From positions 128,841 through 192,840 of the forward strand of contig JBOFPV010000040.1 of the NCBI GenBank assembly GCA_051660585.1: a DNA stretch of 64,000 nt, written 5' to 3'. Source of the stretch: Tannerellaceae bacterium (GTDB lineage Bacteria > Bacteroidota > Bacteroidia > Bacteroidales > CAMTPD01). Shown in pieces: positions 46,576 to 58,642 of the stretch. The notes under the pieces are model-generated. The model was not told the origin of the DNA and made no database searches. It worked only from the letters and a program-made list of their open reading frames with translations. How positions within the stretch are numbered: position 1 is the first letter of the stretch; every line of letters starts with the position of its first letter. The position numbers and the translations under genes are program-made.

Positions 46576-49500
46576 ATGTCTTCAACAGCTGTAAACCCAA
46601 GAATTAATTTTGCTTCGGTTAAATTCCCACTACAATATCCGGATTTTCTCGAAGTACAATTAAAGTCATTTAAAGACTTTCTTCAACTAGATACTCCTCC
46701 GGAACAAAGAAATAACGAGGGGTTGTATAAGGTATTTGCAGAAAATTTCCCAATTGCAGATACTCGTAACAATTTCGTGTTGGAGTTCCTTGACTACTAC
46801 ATTGATCCTCCTCGCTACTCGATAGATGAGTGTATCGAAAGAGGCCTTACATATAGCGTTCCTTTGAAGGCTAAATTAAAACTGTATTGTACAGATCCTG
46901 ATCATGAAGATTTTGATACAGTGATTCAGGATGTGTATTTGGGGCCTATTCCTTATATGACGGATAGGGGTACTTTCGTGATAAACGGGGCTGAACGTGT
47001 GGTTGTTTCGCAGTTGCATCGTTCACCTGGTGTATTCTTCGGACAAAGTACTCACGCCAACGGTACTAAGCTTTATTCTGCACGTATTATTCCTTTCAAA
47101 GGTTCGTGGATCGAGTTTGCTACCGACATCAATAATGTGATGTATGCTTACATCGATAGAAAGAAAAAGCTTCCGGTAACAACGCTTCTTAGAGCGATCG
47201 GCTTTGAGAGTGATAGAGACATTCTTGAGATATTCAACTTGGCCGAAGAGGTTAAGGTGAATAAAACAAATCTTAAGAAACTTCTTGGCAGAAAACTTGC
47301 AGCCCGCGTTTTGAAGACTTGGGTGGAAGACTTTGTAGATGAAGATACAGGTGAGGTAGTTTCAATTGAACGTAATGAAGTGATCATTGATCGTGAAACT
47401 GTTCTTGATGCTGATCATCTTGAAGCAATCCTTGAGTCGGGTGTTCAAAATATCCTTCTTCACAAAGAAGACTTGAACTCATCTGATTTCGCGATTATTT
47501 ACAATACGCTACAAAAAGATCCAAGTAACTCTGAAAAAGAGGCTGTTCTTTATATATATCGTCAACTTCGTAACGCAGAACCTGCTGATGAGGCAAGTGC
47601 ACGTGAAGTTATTACTAATCTTTTCTTCTCTGATAAGAGATATGATTTAGGTGAAGTAGGTCGTTACAGAATCAACAGAAAGTTGAATTTGACAACGAGC
47701 GCCGATGTAAAAGTTCTTACTAAAGAAGATATTATCGAGATCATCAAATACCTAATCGAGTTGATCAACTCGAAAGCGATTGTTGATGATATCGACCACT
47801 TGAGTAACCGTCGTGTACGTACTGTAGGTGAGCAACTTTATAACCAATTTGGTGTAGGTCTTGCTCGTATGGCTCGTACAGTTCGCGAACGTATGAATGT
47901 GCGCGATAACGAGGTGTTTACTCCGATTGATTTGATCAATGCTAAAACAATCTCATCGGTTGTTAATTCATTCTTCGGAACGAATGCATTGTCTCAGTTC
48001 ATGGACCAAACAAACCCTCTTGCTGAGATTACTCACAAGCGTCGTATGTCTGCTCTTGGGCCTGGTGGTCTTTCAAGAGAGCGTGCTGGTTTCGAGGTTC
48101 GTGACGTTCACTATACTCACTATGGTCGTTTGTGTCCTATTGAAACTCCAGAGGGACCAAATATCGGTTTGATCTCGTCTCTTTGTGTGTATGCAAAAAT
48201 CAATGACCTTGGTTTCATCATCACTCCTTATCGTAAAGTTACGAATGGTGTTGTTGACGTTACTACAGAAGGTATCGATTATTTGACAGCAGAGGAAGAA
48301 GAAGGACAAATCATTGCGCAGGGTAATGCTCCTATCAATAATGATGGTACATTTATCCGTTCTCGCGTAAAAGCAAGACAAGAGGGTGACTTCCCACTAG
48401 TAACTCCAGATGAAGTTAACTTGATGGACGTTTCTCCTACACAGATTGCTTCTATTGCAGCGTCTTTGATTCCTTTCCTTGAGCATGATGATGCGAACCG
48501 TGCGTTGATGGGATCTAACATGATGCGCCAGGCAGTTCCTTTGTTGAGAGTAGATGCTCCGATTGTAGGTACAGGTATCGAAAGACAATTGGTTAGCGAC
48601 TCTCGTACGCAAATTGCTGCTGAAGGTGAAGGTGAAATTGTATTTGTTGATGCAACTTGCATTAAGATTAAATATGATAGATCTGAAGATGCGGAGTTTG
48701 TAAGCTTCGAAGATTCAATTAAAACATATAATATCCCTAAGTTTAGAAAAACGAACCAAAGTACAACTGTTGACTTACGTCCTATTTGCCGTACAGGTCA
48801 ACGTGTAGTTGCAGGTGAAATCTTAACTGAAGGTTACTCTACTCAACAAGGAGAACTTGCACTAGGACGTAACGTTCGTGTTGCATATATGCCTTGGAAA
48901 GGATATAACTTCGAGGATGCGATCGTATTGAACGAGCGTATGGTTCGTGAGGATATCTTTACTTCTGTTCACGTTGATGAGTACATTCTTGAAGTACGTG
49001 AAACTAAACGAGGAATGGAAGAACTTACTTCTGATATTCCTAACGTTAGCGAGGAAGCAACAAAAGATCTAGATGAAAGAGGTATTGTTCGTGTGGGTGC
49101 TAGAATCCGTCCGGGTGATATTCTTATCGGTAAGATTACTCCAAAAGGAGAATCGGATCCTTCTCCGGAAGAGAAACTTCTTCGTGCAATCTTTGGTGAC
49201 AAAGCCGGTGATGTGAAAGATGCTTCATTGAAAGCTTCTCCATCTCTTAACGGTGTTGTTATCGGAACAAATCTTTTCTCTAAAGCTGTTAAGAAGAGAA
49301 AGTCTCGTCTATCTGACAAGGCTATTCTTCCTAAACTTGATGAAGAGTACGAAACTAAGATGGCCGAACTTAGAGTGGCCCTTATTGATAAGTTAGTGAT
49401 CCTTACTTCAGGTAAGACTTCTCAAGGTGTGAAAGACTATATGAACACCGAGATTATTCCTAAGGGTGCTAAGTTCTCTCACAAAGCGTTGAGCGAATTG

Positions 49501-50388
49501 GATTATAATGCAATCCAAGTGAGCAAGTGGACTACAGATAACCACAAGAACGAGCTTATCAAGCAAGTTATCTTGAATTATTTGAAGAAATATAAAGAAC
49601 TTGATTCTGACTTGCGTCGTAGAAAGTTCGATTTGACTATCGGTGACGAGTTACCAACAGGTATCGTTCAAATGGCAAAAGTTTACATTGCTAAGAAACG
49701 TAAGATCCAGGTTGGTGATAAGATGGCGGGTCGACACGGTAACAAAGGTATCGTATCGAAAATCGTTCGTCAAGAAGATATGCCATTCTTGGAAGATGGA
49801 ACTCCGGTTGATATCTGTTTGAATCCTCTGGGTGTACCTTCTCGTATGAACCTTGGTCAGATTTTTGAAACTGTTCTTGGATGGGCAGGTACAAACTTAA
49901 ACTTGAAGTTTGCTACTCCTATCTTTGATGGTGCTAGTATCGATGACTTGAACGAATGGACAGACAAAGCTGGTGTACCTCGTTATGGTAAATCTTACCT
50001 TTATGATGGTGGAACCGGTGAGCGTTTTGACCAACCGGCAACTGTAGGTGTTGTGTACATGCTTAAACTTGGCCACATGGTTGATGATAAGATGCACGCA
50101 CGTTCTATTGGTCCTTACTCTTTGATTACGCAACAACCTCTTGGTGGTAAAGCTCAGTTTGGTGGTCAGCGTTTCGGAGAGATGGAGGTTTGGGCACTTG
50201 AAGCATTCGGTGCTGCTCACATCCTACAAGAAATCCTTACAATTAAGTCGGACGACGTTGTTGGCCGTTCTAAAGCTTATGAAGCGATTGTTAAGGGTGA
50301 ACCAATGCCACCTGCTGGTATTCCGGAATCTCTAAACGTGTTGTTGCACGAACTTAGAGGTCTTGGTTTAAGTATCTCACTTGATTAA
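46576..50388 (+). CDS. rpoB: DNA-directed RNA polymerase subunit beta.
   Basis: 1270-aa ORF with unmistakable RpoB sequence. Confidence 0.99.
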   Translation: MSSTAVNPRINFASVKFPLQYPDFLEVQLKSFKDFLQLDTPPEQRNNEGLYKVFAENFPIADTRNNFVLEFLDYYIDPPRYSIDECIERGLTYSVPLKAKLKLYCTDPDHEDFDTVIQDVYLGPIPYMTDRGTFVINGAERVVVSQLHRSPGVFFGQSTHANGTKLYSARIIPFKGSWIEFATDINNVMYAYIDRKKKLPVTTLLRAIGFESDRDILEIFNLAEEVKVNKTNLKKLLGRKLAARVLKTWVEDFVDEDTGEVVSIERNEVIIDRETVLDADHLEAILESGVQNILLHKEDLNSSDFAIIYNTLQKDPSNSEKEAVLYIYRQLRNAEPADEASAREVITNLFFSDKRYDLGEVGRYRINRKLNLTTSADVKVLTKEDIIEIIKYLIELINSKAIVDDIDHLSNRRVRTVGEQLYNQFGVGLARMARTVRERMNVRDNEVFTPIDLINAKTISSVVNSFFGTNALSQFMDQTNPLAEITHKRRMSALGPGGLSRERAGFEVRDVHYTHYGRLCPIETPEGPNIGLISSLCVYAKINDLGFIITPYRKVTNGVVDVTTEGIDYLTAEEEEGQIIAQGNAPINNDGTFIRSRVKARQEGDFPLVTPDEVNLMDVSPTQIASIAASLIPFLEHDDANRALMGSNMMRQAVPLLRVDAPIVGTGIERQLVSDSRTQIAAEGEGEIVFVDATCIKIKYDRSEDAEFVSFEDSIKTYNIPKFRKTNQSTTVDLRPICRTGQRVVAGEILTEGYSTQQGELALGRNVRVAYMPWKGYNFEDAIVLNERMVREDIFTSVHVDEYILEVRETKRGMEELTSDIPNVSEEATKDLDERGIVRVGARIRPGDILIGKITPKGESDPSPEEKLLRAIFGDKAGDVKDASLKASPSLNGVVIGTNLFSKAVKKRKSRLSDKAILPKLDEEYETKMAELRVALIDKLVILTSGKTSQGVKDYMNTEIIPKGAKFSHKALSELDYNAIQVSKWTTDNHKNELIKQVILNYLKKYKELDSDLRRRKFDLTIGDELPTGIVQMAKVYIAKKRKIQVGDKMAGRHGNKGIVSKIVRQEDMPFLEDGTPVDICLNPLGVPSRMNLGQIFETVLGWAGTNLNLKFATPIFDGASIDDLNEWTDKAGVPRYGKSYLYDGGTGERFDQPATVGVVYMLKLGHMVDDKMHARSIGPYSLITQQPLGGKAQFGGQRFGEMEVWALEAFGAAHILQEILTIKSDDVVGRSKAYEAIVKGEPMPPAGIPESLNVLLHELRGLGLSISLD

Positions 50389-50467
50389 TTCTTATAGATT
50401 TTGAGGATGAGCTCTGAACAAGGGCTTGTCCTCTTATATATCAGATAACTCTTTATAAACAAATAAT

Positions 50468-53400
50468 ATGGCTTTTAGAAAAGAAACTAAGATAAAGAGT
50501 AACTTTACCAAAATATCAATCGGTTTAGCATCACCTGAGGAAATCTTGGAAAACTCAAGTGGTGAGGTATTAAAGCCGGAAACAATCAACTATCGTACCT
50601 ATAAACCTGAGCGTGACGGTCTTTTCTGCGAACGTATTTTTGGTCCGGTTCGTGACTACGAATGCCACTGTGGAAAGTATAAAAGAATTCGTTACAAAGG
50701 TATTGTGTGTGACCGTTGTGGTGTGGAAGTTACAGAAAAGAAAGTACGTCGTGAACGTATGGGACACATTCACCTTGTTGTGCCTGTTGCTCACATCTGG
50801 TACTTCCGCTCGCTTCCTAATAAAATCGGTTATTTGTTAGGTATTCCTACAAAGAAACTTGATTCTATTATTTACTATGAACGTTACGTTGTTATTCAAG
50901 CGGGTACAGCTGAAGGCGTATCTGCATACGATCTTCTTTCTGAAGAAGAATATCTACAAATCCTAGATACTCTTCCAAGAGAAAATCAAATGCTTGATGA
51001 CAATGACCCTAATAAATTCATCGCTAAAATCGGTGCTGAAGCAATCTATGATCTATTGGCTCGCCTTGATCTAGATACTCTTTCATACGAACTTCGCCAC
51101 CGTGCTAGTACTGATGGATCTCAACAACGTAAAAACGAAGCGTTGAAACGTCTTCAAGTTGTTGAATCTTTCCGCGCTTCAAAAGGTCGCAATCGTCCGG
51201 AGTGGATGGTAGTACAGGTTGTTCCTGTTATTCCACCAGAACTTCGTCCTCTTGTACCTCTTGATGGTGGACGTTTCGCTACTTCAGACTTAAATGACCT
51301 TTATCGTCGCGTTATCATCCGTAACAATCGTTTGAAACGTTTGATCGAAATTAAGGCTCCTGAAGTTATCTTGCGTAACGAGAAGCGTATGCTTCAAGAA
51401 GCGGTAGACTCATTGTTTGACAACTCAAGAAAATCAAGTGCGGTTAAAACAGACGCTAATCGTCCGTTGAAATCTCTTTCTGATAGCTTGAAAGGTAAGC
51501 AAGGTCGTTTCCGTCAAAACTTGTTAGGTAAACGTGTTGACTACTCTGCTCGTTCGGTAATCGTTGTAGGTCCTGAACTTAAGATGCACGAGTGTGGTCT
51601 TCCTAAAAACATGGCTGCTGAGCTTTATAAACCATTTGTGATCCGTAAATTGATCGAGCGTGGTATTGTAAAAACAGTAAAATCTGCGAAGAAAATCGTA
51701 GACCGTAAAGAGCCTGTTGTCTGGGATATCTTAGAACACGTAATGAAAGGACATCCAGTTCTGCTCAACCGTGCCCCGACTCTTCACCGTTTAGGTATTC
51801 AGGCTTTCCAACCTAAAATGATTGAAGGAAAAGCTATTCAGCTTCACCCACTTTCATGTTCGGCCTTCAATGCCGACTTCGACGGTGACCAGATGGCGGT
51901 TCACTTGCCTCTTGGTAACGAAGCTGTATTAGAAGCACAAATGTTGATGCTTGGATCTCACAATATCCTTAACCCTGCTAACGGTGCTCCGATTACCGTT
52001 CCTTCTCAGGACATGGTGCTTGGTCTTTACTACATTACCAAGCTACGTCCGGGTGCTATGGGTGAAGGTCTTATTTTCTACGGACACGAAGAAGCGATGA
52101 TCGCTTATAACGAGAAGAAAGTTTCTATTCATGCTCCTGTGAAAGTATATGTTCACGACGTAGATGAAAACGGTAACTTTATCAATCATATGATTGAAAC
52201 TTCTGTAGGTCGTATTATTGTAAATCAATTCGTACCAAAAGAAGTAGGTTACTTGAATGAAATTCTTTCAAAGAAATCTCTTCGTGATATCATCGGTAAT
52301 GTTATCAAAGTATGTGGTGTAGCTCGTACAGCACAATTCTTGGATGACATTAAAGATTTGGGTTATCAAATGGCGTTCAAGGGTGGTTTGTCATTCAACC
52401 TTGCCGACGTTATTATCCCAGAAGAAAAAGATGAGTTGGTAAAAGAAGGTTACGAAGAAGTGGAACAAATTCTTGCTAACTATAGCATGGGTTTCATCAC
52501 TTACAACGAACGTTACAACCAAATCATTGATACGTGGACACACGTAAACTCGAAATTGTCAAACATCTTGATGAAGCAAATTTCGAGCGATAACCAAGGA
52601 TTCAACTCAATCTACATGATGCTTGACTCTGGTGCCCGTGGTTCGAAAGAACAGATTCGCCAGCTTTCAGGTATGCGTGGTTTGATGGCTAAACCTCAAA
52701 AGAGTGGTGCAGAAGGTGGTCAAATTATCGAAAACCCGATCCTTTCTAACTTTAAAGAAGGACTTTCGGTACTTGAGTACTTTATCTCTACCCACGGTGC
52801 TCGTAAGGGTCTTGCGGATACCGCTTTGAAAACAGCCGATGCAGGTTATCTTACACGTCGTCTTGTTGACGTTTCACAAGATGTGATCATCAACGAAGAA
52901 GACTGTGGTACACTACGTGGTCTTGTTTGCACAGAACTTAAGAACAACGAAGATGTCGTTGCTTCTCTATATGAAAGAATCCTTGGTCGTGTTTCTGTAC
53001 ACGATGTTCAGCACCCAATGACAGGCGAAGTGCTTGTTCACTCAGGTGAAGAAATCACAGAAGACATTGCTAAGAAGATTCAAGACTCTCCAATCGAGCG
53101 CGTAGAAATACGTTCGGTATTGACTTGTGAGTCTAAAAAAGGTGTTTGTGGTAAGTGTTACGGACGTAACCTTGCAACAGGACGTTTGGTTCAAAGAGGT
53201 GAAGCGGTTGGTGTAATCGCAGCACAATCTATCGGTGAGCCTGGTACGCAGCTTACACTTCGTACGTTCCACGTTGGGGGTATCGCATCTAACATTGCAG
53301 CAGAAAATAATGTAACTTCGAAATACGATGGTATTCTTGAAATCGATGAGTTGAGAGCTGTAAACGCTCAAGACGAGTTGGGCAAGAAACACATGGTGGT

Positions 53401-54748
53401 TGTAAGCCGTTTGGCTGAAATGAGAATCGTTGATCCAAATACGAAAATCGTATTGGTAACACACAACGTTCCTTATGGTGCTAAACTTTACTTCGACAAT
53501 GGCGCGACTGTGAAAAAAGGTGATGTCATCATCGAATGGGACCCATTCAACGCAGTTATCGTATCAGAGGTTGCCGGTAAGGTTCAGTTCGAAAGCTTGA
53601 TCGACAATGTAACTTGTAAGGTTGAGTCTGACGAAACAACAGGTCTTAAAGAGAAGATTATTATCGAATCTAAAGACAGAACAAAGGTACCTTCTGCACA
53701 CATTTGCGCCGACAATGGTGGTTACTTGAAAACATACGCACTTCCTCTTGGAGCTCACGTAGTGAAAGAAGAAGGAGATATGATCAAAGCCGGTGAAGTA
53801 CTTGTTAAGATTCCACGCGCAGTAGGTAAAGCGGGTGATATCACAGGGGGTCTTCCACGTGTTACTGAGTTGTTCGAGGCTCGTAACCCATCGAATCCAG
53901 CTGTCGTTTCTGAAATCGACGGTGAAGTTTCGTTCGGTAAGATCAAACGCGGTAACCGTGAAATCATTGTTACTTCAAAAACTGGTGAAGTTAAGAAGTA
54001 CATGGTTCCATTGTCAAAACAAATCCTTGTTCAAGAAAACGACTACGTACGTGCAGGTATGCCTTTGTCAGACGGTGCTACAACTCCATCTGATATCCTA
54101 GCGATCAAAGGTCCTACGGCAGTACAAGAATATATCGTGAATGAGGTTCAGGACGTATATCGTCTACAAGGTGTAAAAATCAATGATAAACACTTTGAGG
54201 TAATTGTACGTCAGATGATGCGTAAAGTTGAAGTTGTTGATCCGGGTGATACTCGTTTCTTGGAAACTCAAATTGTTGACAAGCACGACATCATGGAAGA
54301 GAACGACCGTATCTGGGGCAAGAAAGTTGTCATAGAAGCAGGTGATTCTCAAACATTGAAACCAGGTCAGATTGTAACTGCACGTAAACTTCGTGATGAG
54401 AACAGTATGTTGAAGCGTCGTGATATGAAACTTGTTGAAGTAAGAGATGCAATTCCTGCAACTGCAAATCAGATCCTTCAAGGTATCACAAGAGCGGCAC
54501 TTCAAACAACAAGCTTTATGTCTGCTGCATCGTTCCAGGAAACAACAAAAGTACTGAACGAAGCTGCTATCAACGGTAAAGTTGATAGACTGGAAGGTTT
54601 GAAAGAGAACGTTATTTGCGGTCACTTGATTCCAGCCGGTACAGGACAACGCGAATTCGAGAAGCTTGTAGTTGGCGCTAAAGACGATTTCGATCGTATC
54701 TTTGCAAACCGCAAGAATGTTGTCGATTTGAAAGCTGTTGAAGAATAA
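50468..54748 (+). CDS. rpoC: DNA-directed RNA polymerase subunit beta'.
   Basis: 1426-aa ORF with the NADFDGD catalytic motif. Confidence 0.99.
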   Translation: MAFRKETKIKSNFTKISIGLASPEEILENSSGEVLKPETINYRTYKPERDGLFCERIFGPVRDYECHCGKYKRIRYKGIVCDRCGVEVTEKKVRRERMGHIHLVVPVAHIWYFRSLPNKIGYLLGIPTKKLDSIIYYERYVVIQAGTAEGVSAYDLLSEEEYLQILDTLPRENQMLDDNDPNKFIAKIGAEAIYDLLARLDLDTLSYELRHRASTDGSQQRKNEALKRLQVVESFRASKGRNRPEWMVVQVVPVIPPELRPLVPLDGGRFATSDLNDLYRRVIIRNNRLKRLIEIKAPEVILRNEKRMLQEAVDSLFDNSRKSSAVKTDANRPLKSLSDSLKGKQGRFRQNLLGKRVDYSARSVIVVGPELKMHECGLPKNMAAELYKPFVIRKLIERGIVKTVKSAKKIVDRKEPVVWDILEHVMKGHPVLLNRAPTLHRLGIQAFQPKMIEGKAIQLHPLSCSAFNADFDGDQMAVHLPLGNEAVLEAQMLMLGSHNILNPANGAPITVPSQDMVLGLYYITKLRPGAMGEGLIFYGHEEAMIAYNEKKVSIHAPVKVYVHDVDENGNFINHMIETSVGRIIVNQFVPKEVGYLNEILSKKSLRDIIGNVIKVCGVARTAQFLDDIKDLGYQMAFKGGLSFNLADVIIPEEKDELVKEGYEEVEQILANYSMGFITYNERYNQIIDTWTHVNSKLSNILMKQISSDNQGFNSIYMMLDSGARGSKEQIRQLSGMRGLMAKPQKSGAEGGQIIENPILSNFKEGLSVLEYFISTHGARKGLADTALKTADAGYLTRRLVDVSQDVIINEEDCGTLRGLVCTELKNNEDVVASLYERILGRVSVHDVQHPMTGEVLVHSGEEITEDIAKKIQDSPIERVEIRSVLTCESKKGVCGKCYGRNLATGRLVQRGEAVGVIAAQSIGEPGTQLTLRTFHVGGIASNIAAENNVTSKYDGILEIDELRAVNAQDELGKKHMVVVSRLAEMRIVDPNTKIVLVTHNVPYGAKLYFDNGATVKKGDVIIEWDPFNAVIVSEVAGKVQFESLIDNVTCKVESDETTGLKEKIIIESKDRTKVPSAHICADNGGYLKTYALPLGAHVVKEEGDMIKAGEVLVKIPRAVGKAGDITGGLPRVTELFEARNPSNPAVVSEIDGEVSFGKIKRGNREIIVTSKTGEVKKYMVPLSKQILVQENDYVRAGMPLSDGATTPSDILAIKGPTAVQEYIVNEVQDVYRLQGVKINDKHFEVIVRQMMRKVEVVDPGDTRFLETQIVDKHDIMEENDRIWGKKVVIEAGDSQTLKPGQIVTARKLRDENSMLKRRDMKLVEVRDAIPATANQILQGITRAALQTTSFMSAASFQETTKVLNEAAINGKVDRLEGLKENVICGHLIPAGTGQREFEKLVVGAKDDFDRIFANRKNVVDLKAVEE

Positions 54749-54775
54749 ATAGAACCATTTATTGGTTTAATAAGA

Positions 54776-54809
54776 AGGGATGTCTAGAAATAGGCATCCC
54801 TTTTTTTTT
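54776..54809 (+). terminator. Intrinsic terminator after rpoC.
   Basis: The gggatg/catccc stem is followed by a T9 run. Confidence 0.8.
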
Positions 54810-54988
54810 GTGGTTACCCGTTGTATTTCTTATCGGTAAAGGTACATTGCTTTCACATATATAGTCAGAAAGACCATTGCGCTCTTTAAATTCTTATTTA
54901 AGTTTTTAAACAAATCATTTCAAACCTCCTCATTATAATTTATCTTCGTATTCTCTAATCTTAATATCATCTTAACTTAATACATTTA

Positions 54989-55846
54989 ATGATGAACAAG
55001 TCAATTCTAACACTGGGCCTATCGGCACTTTTATCCACTTCTTTATTTGCACAAAAAGAGCAATTAAACGTGATGACGTTCAACATTCGTTATGACAATC
55101 CTTCAGATGCTCCGCACAACTGGGGTAATAGGAAAGAGTTTGCCGCCAACGCCATTAAATTTTACGATGCAGACATTGTAGGTACGCAGGAGGTATTGCA
55201 TCATCAACTACAAGACATGCAGTCGGCACTTCCCGGATACGCAACAATTGGAGTGGCGCGAGAAGACGGAAAGACCAAGGGAGAATACAGTGCAATCTTT
55301 TACAAAAAAGATCAGTTCAAGATCCTTGATAGCGGCACATTTTGGTTGGCTGAAGACATCCATGCTGTTGGTAAAAAAGGGTGGGATGCTGCATGTGAGC
55401 GTGTAGTAACTTGGGCATTGATGCAAGACAAAGCAACCAAGGAGAAGTTTCTATTTATGAATACTCACTTCGATCACGAAGGACAAGTAGCACGTCGTAA
55501 TAGTGCCAATCTATTATTAGACAAAGCCAAGGAGTTGAGCAAAGGAAACCCTATTGTTGTAACCGGCGACTTCAATGCAACCATCGACGAGGAGCCTATC
55601 AAAATCATAACAGATATAACAAATCCTAATCACCTTACAGACTCACGTATAAAAGCATCCATTGTATATGGGCCCGATTGGACCTTTCACGACTTCGGTC
55701 GATTGGATCAGGCAAAACGCAACATTATAGATTATATCTTTGTTTCTGATAATATAAAGGTTATTTCTCACGGTATTATTACCGAGACGCACAATGGATT
55801 ATATCTATCCGATCATAATCCGATTGTTTCAAGAATTGAGTTTTAA
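54989..55846 (+). CDS. Endonuclease/exonuclease/phosphatase (EEP) family protein, secreted.
   Basis: 285-aa ORF with a signal peptide, the N-terminal LNVMTFNIRY and the C-terminal SDHNPI motif. Confidence 0.85.
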   Translation: MMNKSILTLGLSALLSTSLFAQKEQLNVMTFNIRYDNPSDAPHNWGNRKEFAANAIKFYDADIVGTQEVLHHQLQDMQSALPGYATIGVAREDGKTKGEYSAIFYKKDQFKILDSGTFWLAEDIHAVGKKGWDAACERVVTWALMQDKATKEKFLFMNTHFDHEGQVARRNSANLLLDKAKELSKGNPIVVTGDFNATIDEEPIKIITDITNPNHLTDSRIKASIVYGPDWTFHDFGRLDQAKRNIIDYIFVSDNIKVISHGIITETHNGLYLSDHNPIVSRIEF

Positions 55847-55860
55847 GAAATACTTCAGAC

Positions 55861-56739
55861 ATGCATACCATCTCTGTTTTGCGTGAAGCTGCAAAGTTAT
55901 CAAATGAAGATTGCTTCCTTGTTGTTAAGAACAAGATACTAAGTTTGACATATCCTGTTCATACCCATCCCGAGTATGAGTTGATTTTGGTTGAAGGAGC
56001 AAACGGTGCGAAGCGAATTGTAGCCGATTCTACAGAAGAAATCGGCGATAAGGATTTAATACTTGTTTCGGGCAATTGTCCGCATACCTATTTTTACCCT
56101 GCAATTAATATGCAGCATGTACATGTCACTTCCATCAAGTTTCATCAGTCGATCTTCGATAGCGTAAAAAACAAACGACTTTTCAATACGATTGAGAAGA
56201 TGAAGAATGATGCTGAGCACGGAATAGTATTTTCTTATAGTGATTATCAATCCGTTTCTGGTTCTCTGGATGAAATCGTGAGTGAAGATAATGAGTTTTG
56301 TAAGTTCTTGAAACTGATCTACATGCTTCATAAATTATCAGAATCTAAAGATTACAGAATATTAGGAACGGGGCTCAAATGTGATGAATATGAGGTAGGA
56401 GAGCGATTAATTGTTGAGAAAATATTCGCTTTTTTGCATGAAAACTATCAATCTGATTTACGAGTGAGCGATGTGGCCGCACGATTCGGAATGACAGAAG
56501 TAACCTTCACACGCATGCTTAAGCGTCATGTAAACAGGACATTTATAGACCTGTTTACAGATATACGCCTTGAATACGTGTCTCAAGCATTGATTGATAC
56601 AAACGATTCGATATCAGAAATTTGTTATCGCTGTGGTTTCACGAATATTTCTAATTTTAATCGGTTATTCTTAAAGCGTAAAGAAATGACCCCTAAAGAA
56701 TACAGAAATAAGTATAATTGCTGTGCTTATTTATTGTAG
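55861..56739 (+). CDS. AraC-family transcriptional regulator (cupin domain plus HTH).
   Basis: 292-aa ORF with a C-terminal HTH (ISEICYRCGFTNISNFNRLFLKRKEMTPKEYR). Confidence 0.88.
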   Translation: MHTISVLREAAKLSNEDCFLVVKNKILSLTYPVHTHPEYELILVEGANGAKRIVADSTEEIGDKDLILVSGNCPHTYFYPAINMQHVHVTSIKFHQSIFDSVKNKRLFNTIEKMKNDAEHGIVFSYSDYQSVSGSLDEIVSEDNEFCKFLKLIYMLHKLSESKDYRILGTGLKCDEYEVGERLIVEKIFAFLHENYQSDLRVSDVAARFGMTEVTFTRMLKRHVNRTFIDLFTDIRLEYVSQALIDTNDSISEICYRCGFTNISNFNRLFLKRKEMTPKEYRNKYNCCAYLL

Positions 56740-56806
56740 AAAATAGGAAATACCTAATACAATTGTATGTTTTGTCGAAAAAGTATCAGAAATAATTCTG
56801 AAAGTA

Positions 56807-56838
56807 TTTGCGAGTTATATTTTTAGGTATTACATTTG
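56807..56838 (+). promoter_or_regulatory. Exact Bacteroides-type promoter (TTTG-N20-TACATTTG) in the araC-DUF3467 intergenic region.
   Basis: The -33 element lies at 56807-56810 and the -7 box at 56831-56838. Confidence 0.6.
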
Positions 56839-56843
56839 CAATG

Positions 56844-56985
56844 TCTAATAGATGGAATGAATACATAGTATAATCAATCCTTAACTAAAACGTCAAAATA
56901 CATTACAAATAAGTTTTATACATTGGTCTAAAGAATTGAAAACATCCTGAAAACGGTTGCCTGAGAAGGTAGCCGTTTTTTTTTT
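56844..56985 (+). ncRNA. Candidate ~140-nt sRNA or cis-regulatory leader, bounded by a promoter and a terminator.
   Basis: It starts just downstream of the -7 box and ends at the hairpin aacggttgcc/ggtagccgtt (56952-56977) plus a T9 run. The only internal ORF is 10 codons long. Confidence 0.4.
56952..56985 (+). terminator. Intrinsic terminator (10-bp stem with 2 G:U pairs, plus T9).
   Basis: Read directly. Confidence 0.75.
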
Positions 56986-56988
56986 ATA

Positions 56989-56996
56989 TATATTTG
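56989..56996 (+). promoter_or_regulatory. -7 box TATATTTG immediately upstream of the DUF3467 gene.
   Basis: Exact TAnnTTTG match 20 nt upstream of the ATG at 57016. No clear -33 element is present. Confidence 0.4.
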
Positions 56997-57015
56997 TGGA
57001 ACTAATAATAAAGTC

Positions 57016-57315
57016 ATGAATAAACAAAACAACGACATCAAGATTGAGCTTTCTCCGGAAGTTGCTCAAGGTACTTATGCAAATTTAGCTATCATCGCGC
57101 ATTCATCTTCAGAGTTTGTAATGGATTTTGTAAGCTTGCTACCTGGCGTTCCTGCTGCTAATGTGAAATCTCGTGTTATTATGACACCGGAAAACGCAAA
57201 GCGCCTAGCAATGTTATTGCAAGAAAACATTGCACAATATGAAAAACAAGTAGGTGAAATTTCACTTTACACACCGCACGAAGAAGTAATTTCTTTTGAA
57301 AAAGGAGATGCATAA
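57016..57315 (+). CDS. DUF3467-family protein.
   Basis: 99-aa ORF whose sequence resembles the conserved Bacteroidetes DUF3467 (YANLAIIAHSSSEFVMDF). Confidence 0.75.
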   Translation: MNKQNNDIKIELSPEVAQGTYANLAIIAHSSSEFVMDFVSLLPGVPAANVKSRVIMTPENAKRLAMLLQENIAQYEKQVGEISLYTPHEEVISFEKGDA

Positions 57316-57359
57316 GAAAAATAATAAATAGTAATATTTTTCTAATATGTAGAAAATTG

Positions 57360-57394
57360 AGTCGGCTTTGCATTGTCAAGAAGCCGACTTTTTC
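57360..57394 (+). terminator. Intrinsic terminator after the DUF3467 gene.
   Basis: The agtcggctt/aagccgact stem is followed by TTTTT. Confidence 0.75.
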
Positions 57395-57607
57395 TTTATT
57401 TCGAATAAAGTTTATATTAATATTCTAAAAAGTTATTCTCATAAGAAAATTTTTACGTGACAAAAAAGTATAATTACAAAGGATCGTATGATTAACCTTA
57501 TTCCTAAAAGGTTATTATCTATAATAAGCTACAATTTAGATACGGTTATTTATTCGAGAGATCAATTATTCAAAAATACGTCTCGATCAATACCATCTCA
57601 AAAACAT

Positions 57608-57643
57608 AAAAAAAGCCTTTCGAAGCATCAGCTCCAAAAGGCT
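57608..57643 (-). terminator. Intrinsic terminator after argF'.
   Basis: The agccttt/aaaggct stem is preceded by an A-run at 57608-57613 on the plus strand, which gives a U-tract on the minus strand. Confidence 0.65.
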
Positions 57644-57667
57644 CTCAATCTATACTGGCAAGTAATT

Positions 57668-58624
57668 TTATCGGATTGCTTCAAGCATACGCTTTAACAC
57701 TGTTTGAGCAGAAATTTCGCGATTAGCAGCTTCCGGGATTACCAGCGACTGAGGACTCTCAATCACGTCGTCGGTCACAATCATGTTGCGACGTACCGGC
57801 AAGCAGTGCATAAAGTAAGCATTGTTGGTAAGCGCCATCTTTTCGGCATCTACCGTCCAACTGCGGTCGGTACTCAAGATCTCCCCGTAGTGCGGATCTT
57901 GGTAAGCAGCCCAGTTCTTGGCATAGATAAAGTCGGCCCCTTCAAAAGCCTTACGTTGATCGTATTCTACCGTTGCGTTTCCTACAAACTTCGGATCCAA
58001 TTCATATCCCTTCGGATGTGTAATCACAAAGTCATAGTCGGTCGCGTTCATCCACTCTGCAAACGAGTTGGGTACTGCCTGCGGAAGTGCACGCGGATGC
58101 GGAGCCCAAGTAAGCACCACCTTCGGACGTTCGGTCTTCTTATACTCCTCGATCGTAATCAAGTCGGCAAAACTTTGCAGCGGGTGTCTTGTCGCAGCCT
58201 CCATGCTGAATACCGGACGGCCCGAGTATTTGATAAACTGGTTGATGATAACCTCGTTGTAATCCTCTTCTTTGCTTTCGAAACGGGCAAACGAGCGCAC
58301 GCCGATAATATCGCAATACGAACCCATCACCGGAATCGCTTCGAGAATATGCTCAGGCTTGTCGCCATCCATAATCACGCCACGTTCGGTTTCCAGTTTC
58401 CAAGCACCCTGATTCACGTCGAGCACCATGGTATTCATGCCCAGGTTCATCGCCGCCTTTTGAGTACTCAAGCGTGTACGCAAACTTGAATTAAAGAAAA
58501 TCATCAGCAGGGTTTTGTTCTTACCCAATGTATCAAAGCGAAACTTGTCGGCTTTGATCTCAAACGCTTCGTCCAATGCCCCCTTAAGGTAGCCTAAATC
58601 TTGTACGCAAGTAAAATTTTTCAT
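57668..58624 (-). CDS. argF': N-succinyl-L-ornithine carbamoyltransferase (argF'-type transcarbamylase).
   Basis: 318-aa ORF that closely resembles B. fragilis SOTCase (FFNSSLRTRLSTQKAA, GAWKLETERGVIMDGDKPEH). Pro falls at position 90 by my count. Confidence 0.88.
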   Translation of the reverse strand: MKNFTCVQDLGYLKGALDEAFEIKADKFRFDTLGKNKTLLMIFFNSSLRTRLSTQKAAMNLGMNTMVLDVNQGAWKLETERGVIMDGDKPEHILEAIPVMGSYCDIIGVRSFARFESKEEDYNEVIINQFIKYSGRPVFSMEAATRHPLQSFADLITIEEYKKTERPKVVLTWAPHPRALPQAVPNSFAEWMNATDYDFVITHPKGYELDPKFVGNATVEYDQRKAFEGADFIYAKNWAAYQDPHYGEILSTDRSWTVDAEKMALTNNAYFMHCLPVRRNMIVTDDVIESPQSLVIPEAANREISAQTVLKRMLEAIR

Positions 58625-58642
58625 GTAAGACCTTTTAGTATG

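Noticed and set aside
57488-57697. 69-aa ORF (+) downstream of the DUF3467 gene.
   Set aside because: It is AT-rich, overlaps the argF' terminator and the 3' end of argF', and has no supporting features.
57704-58489. 261-aa ORF (+) antisense to argF', and the similar 59950-60504 / 59963-60484 (+) ORFs antisense to proB.
   Set aside because: They are shadow ORFs opposite strongly supported conserved genes. Their Arg/His-rich composition is typical of antisense frames.
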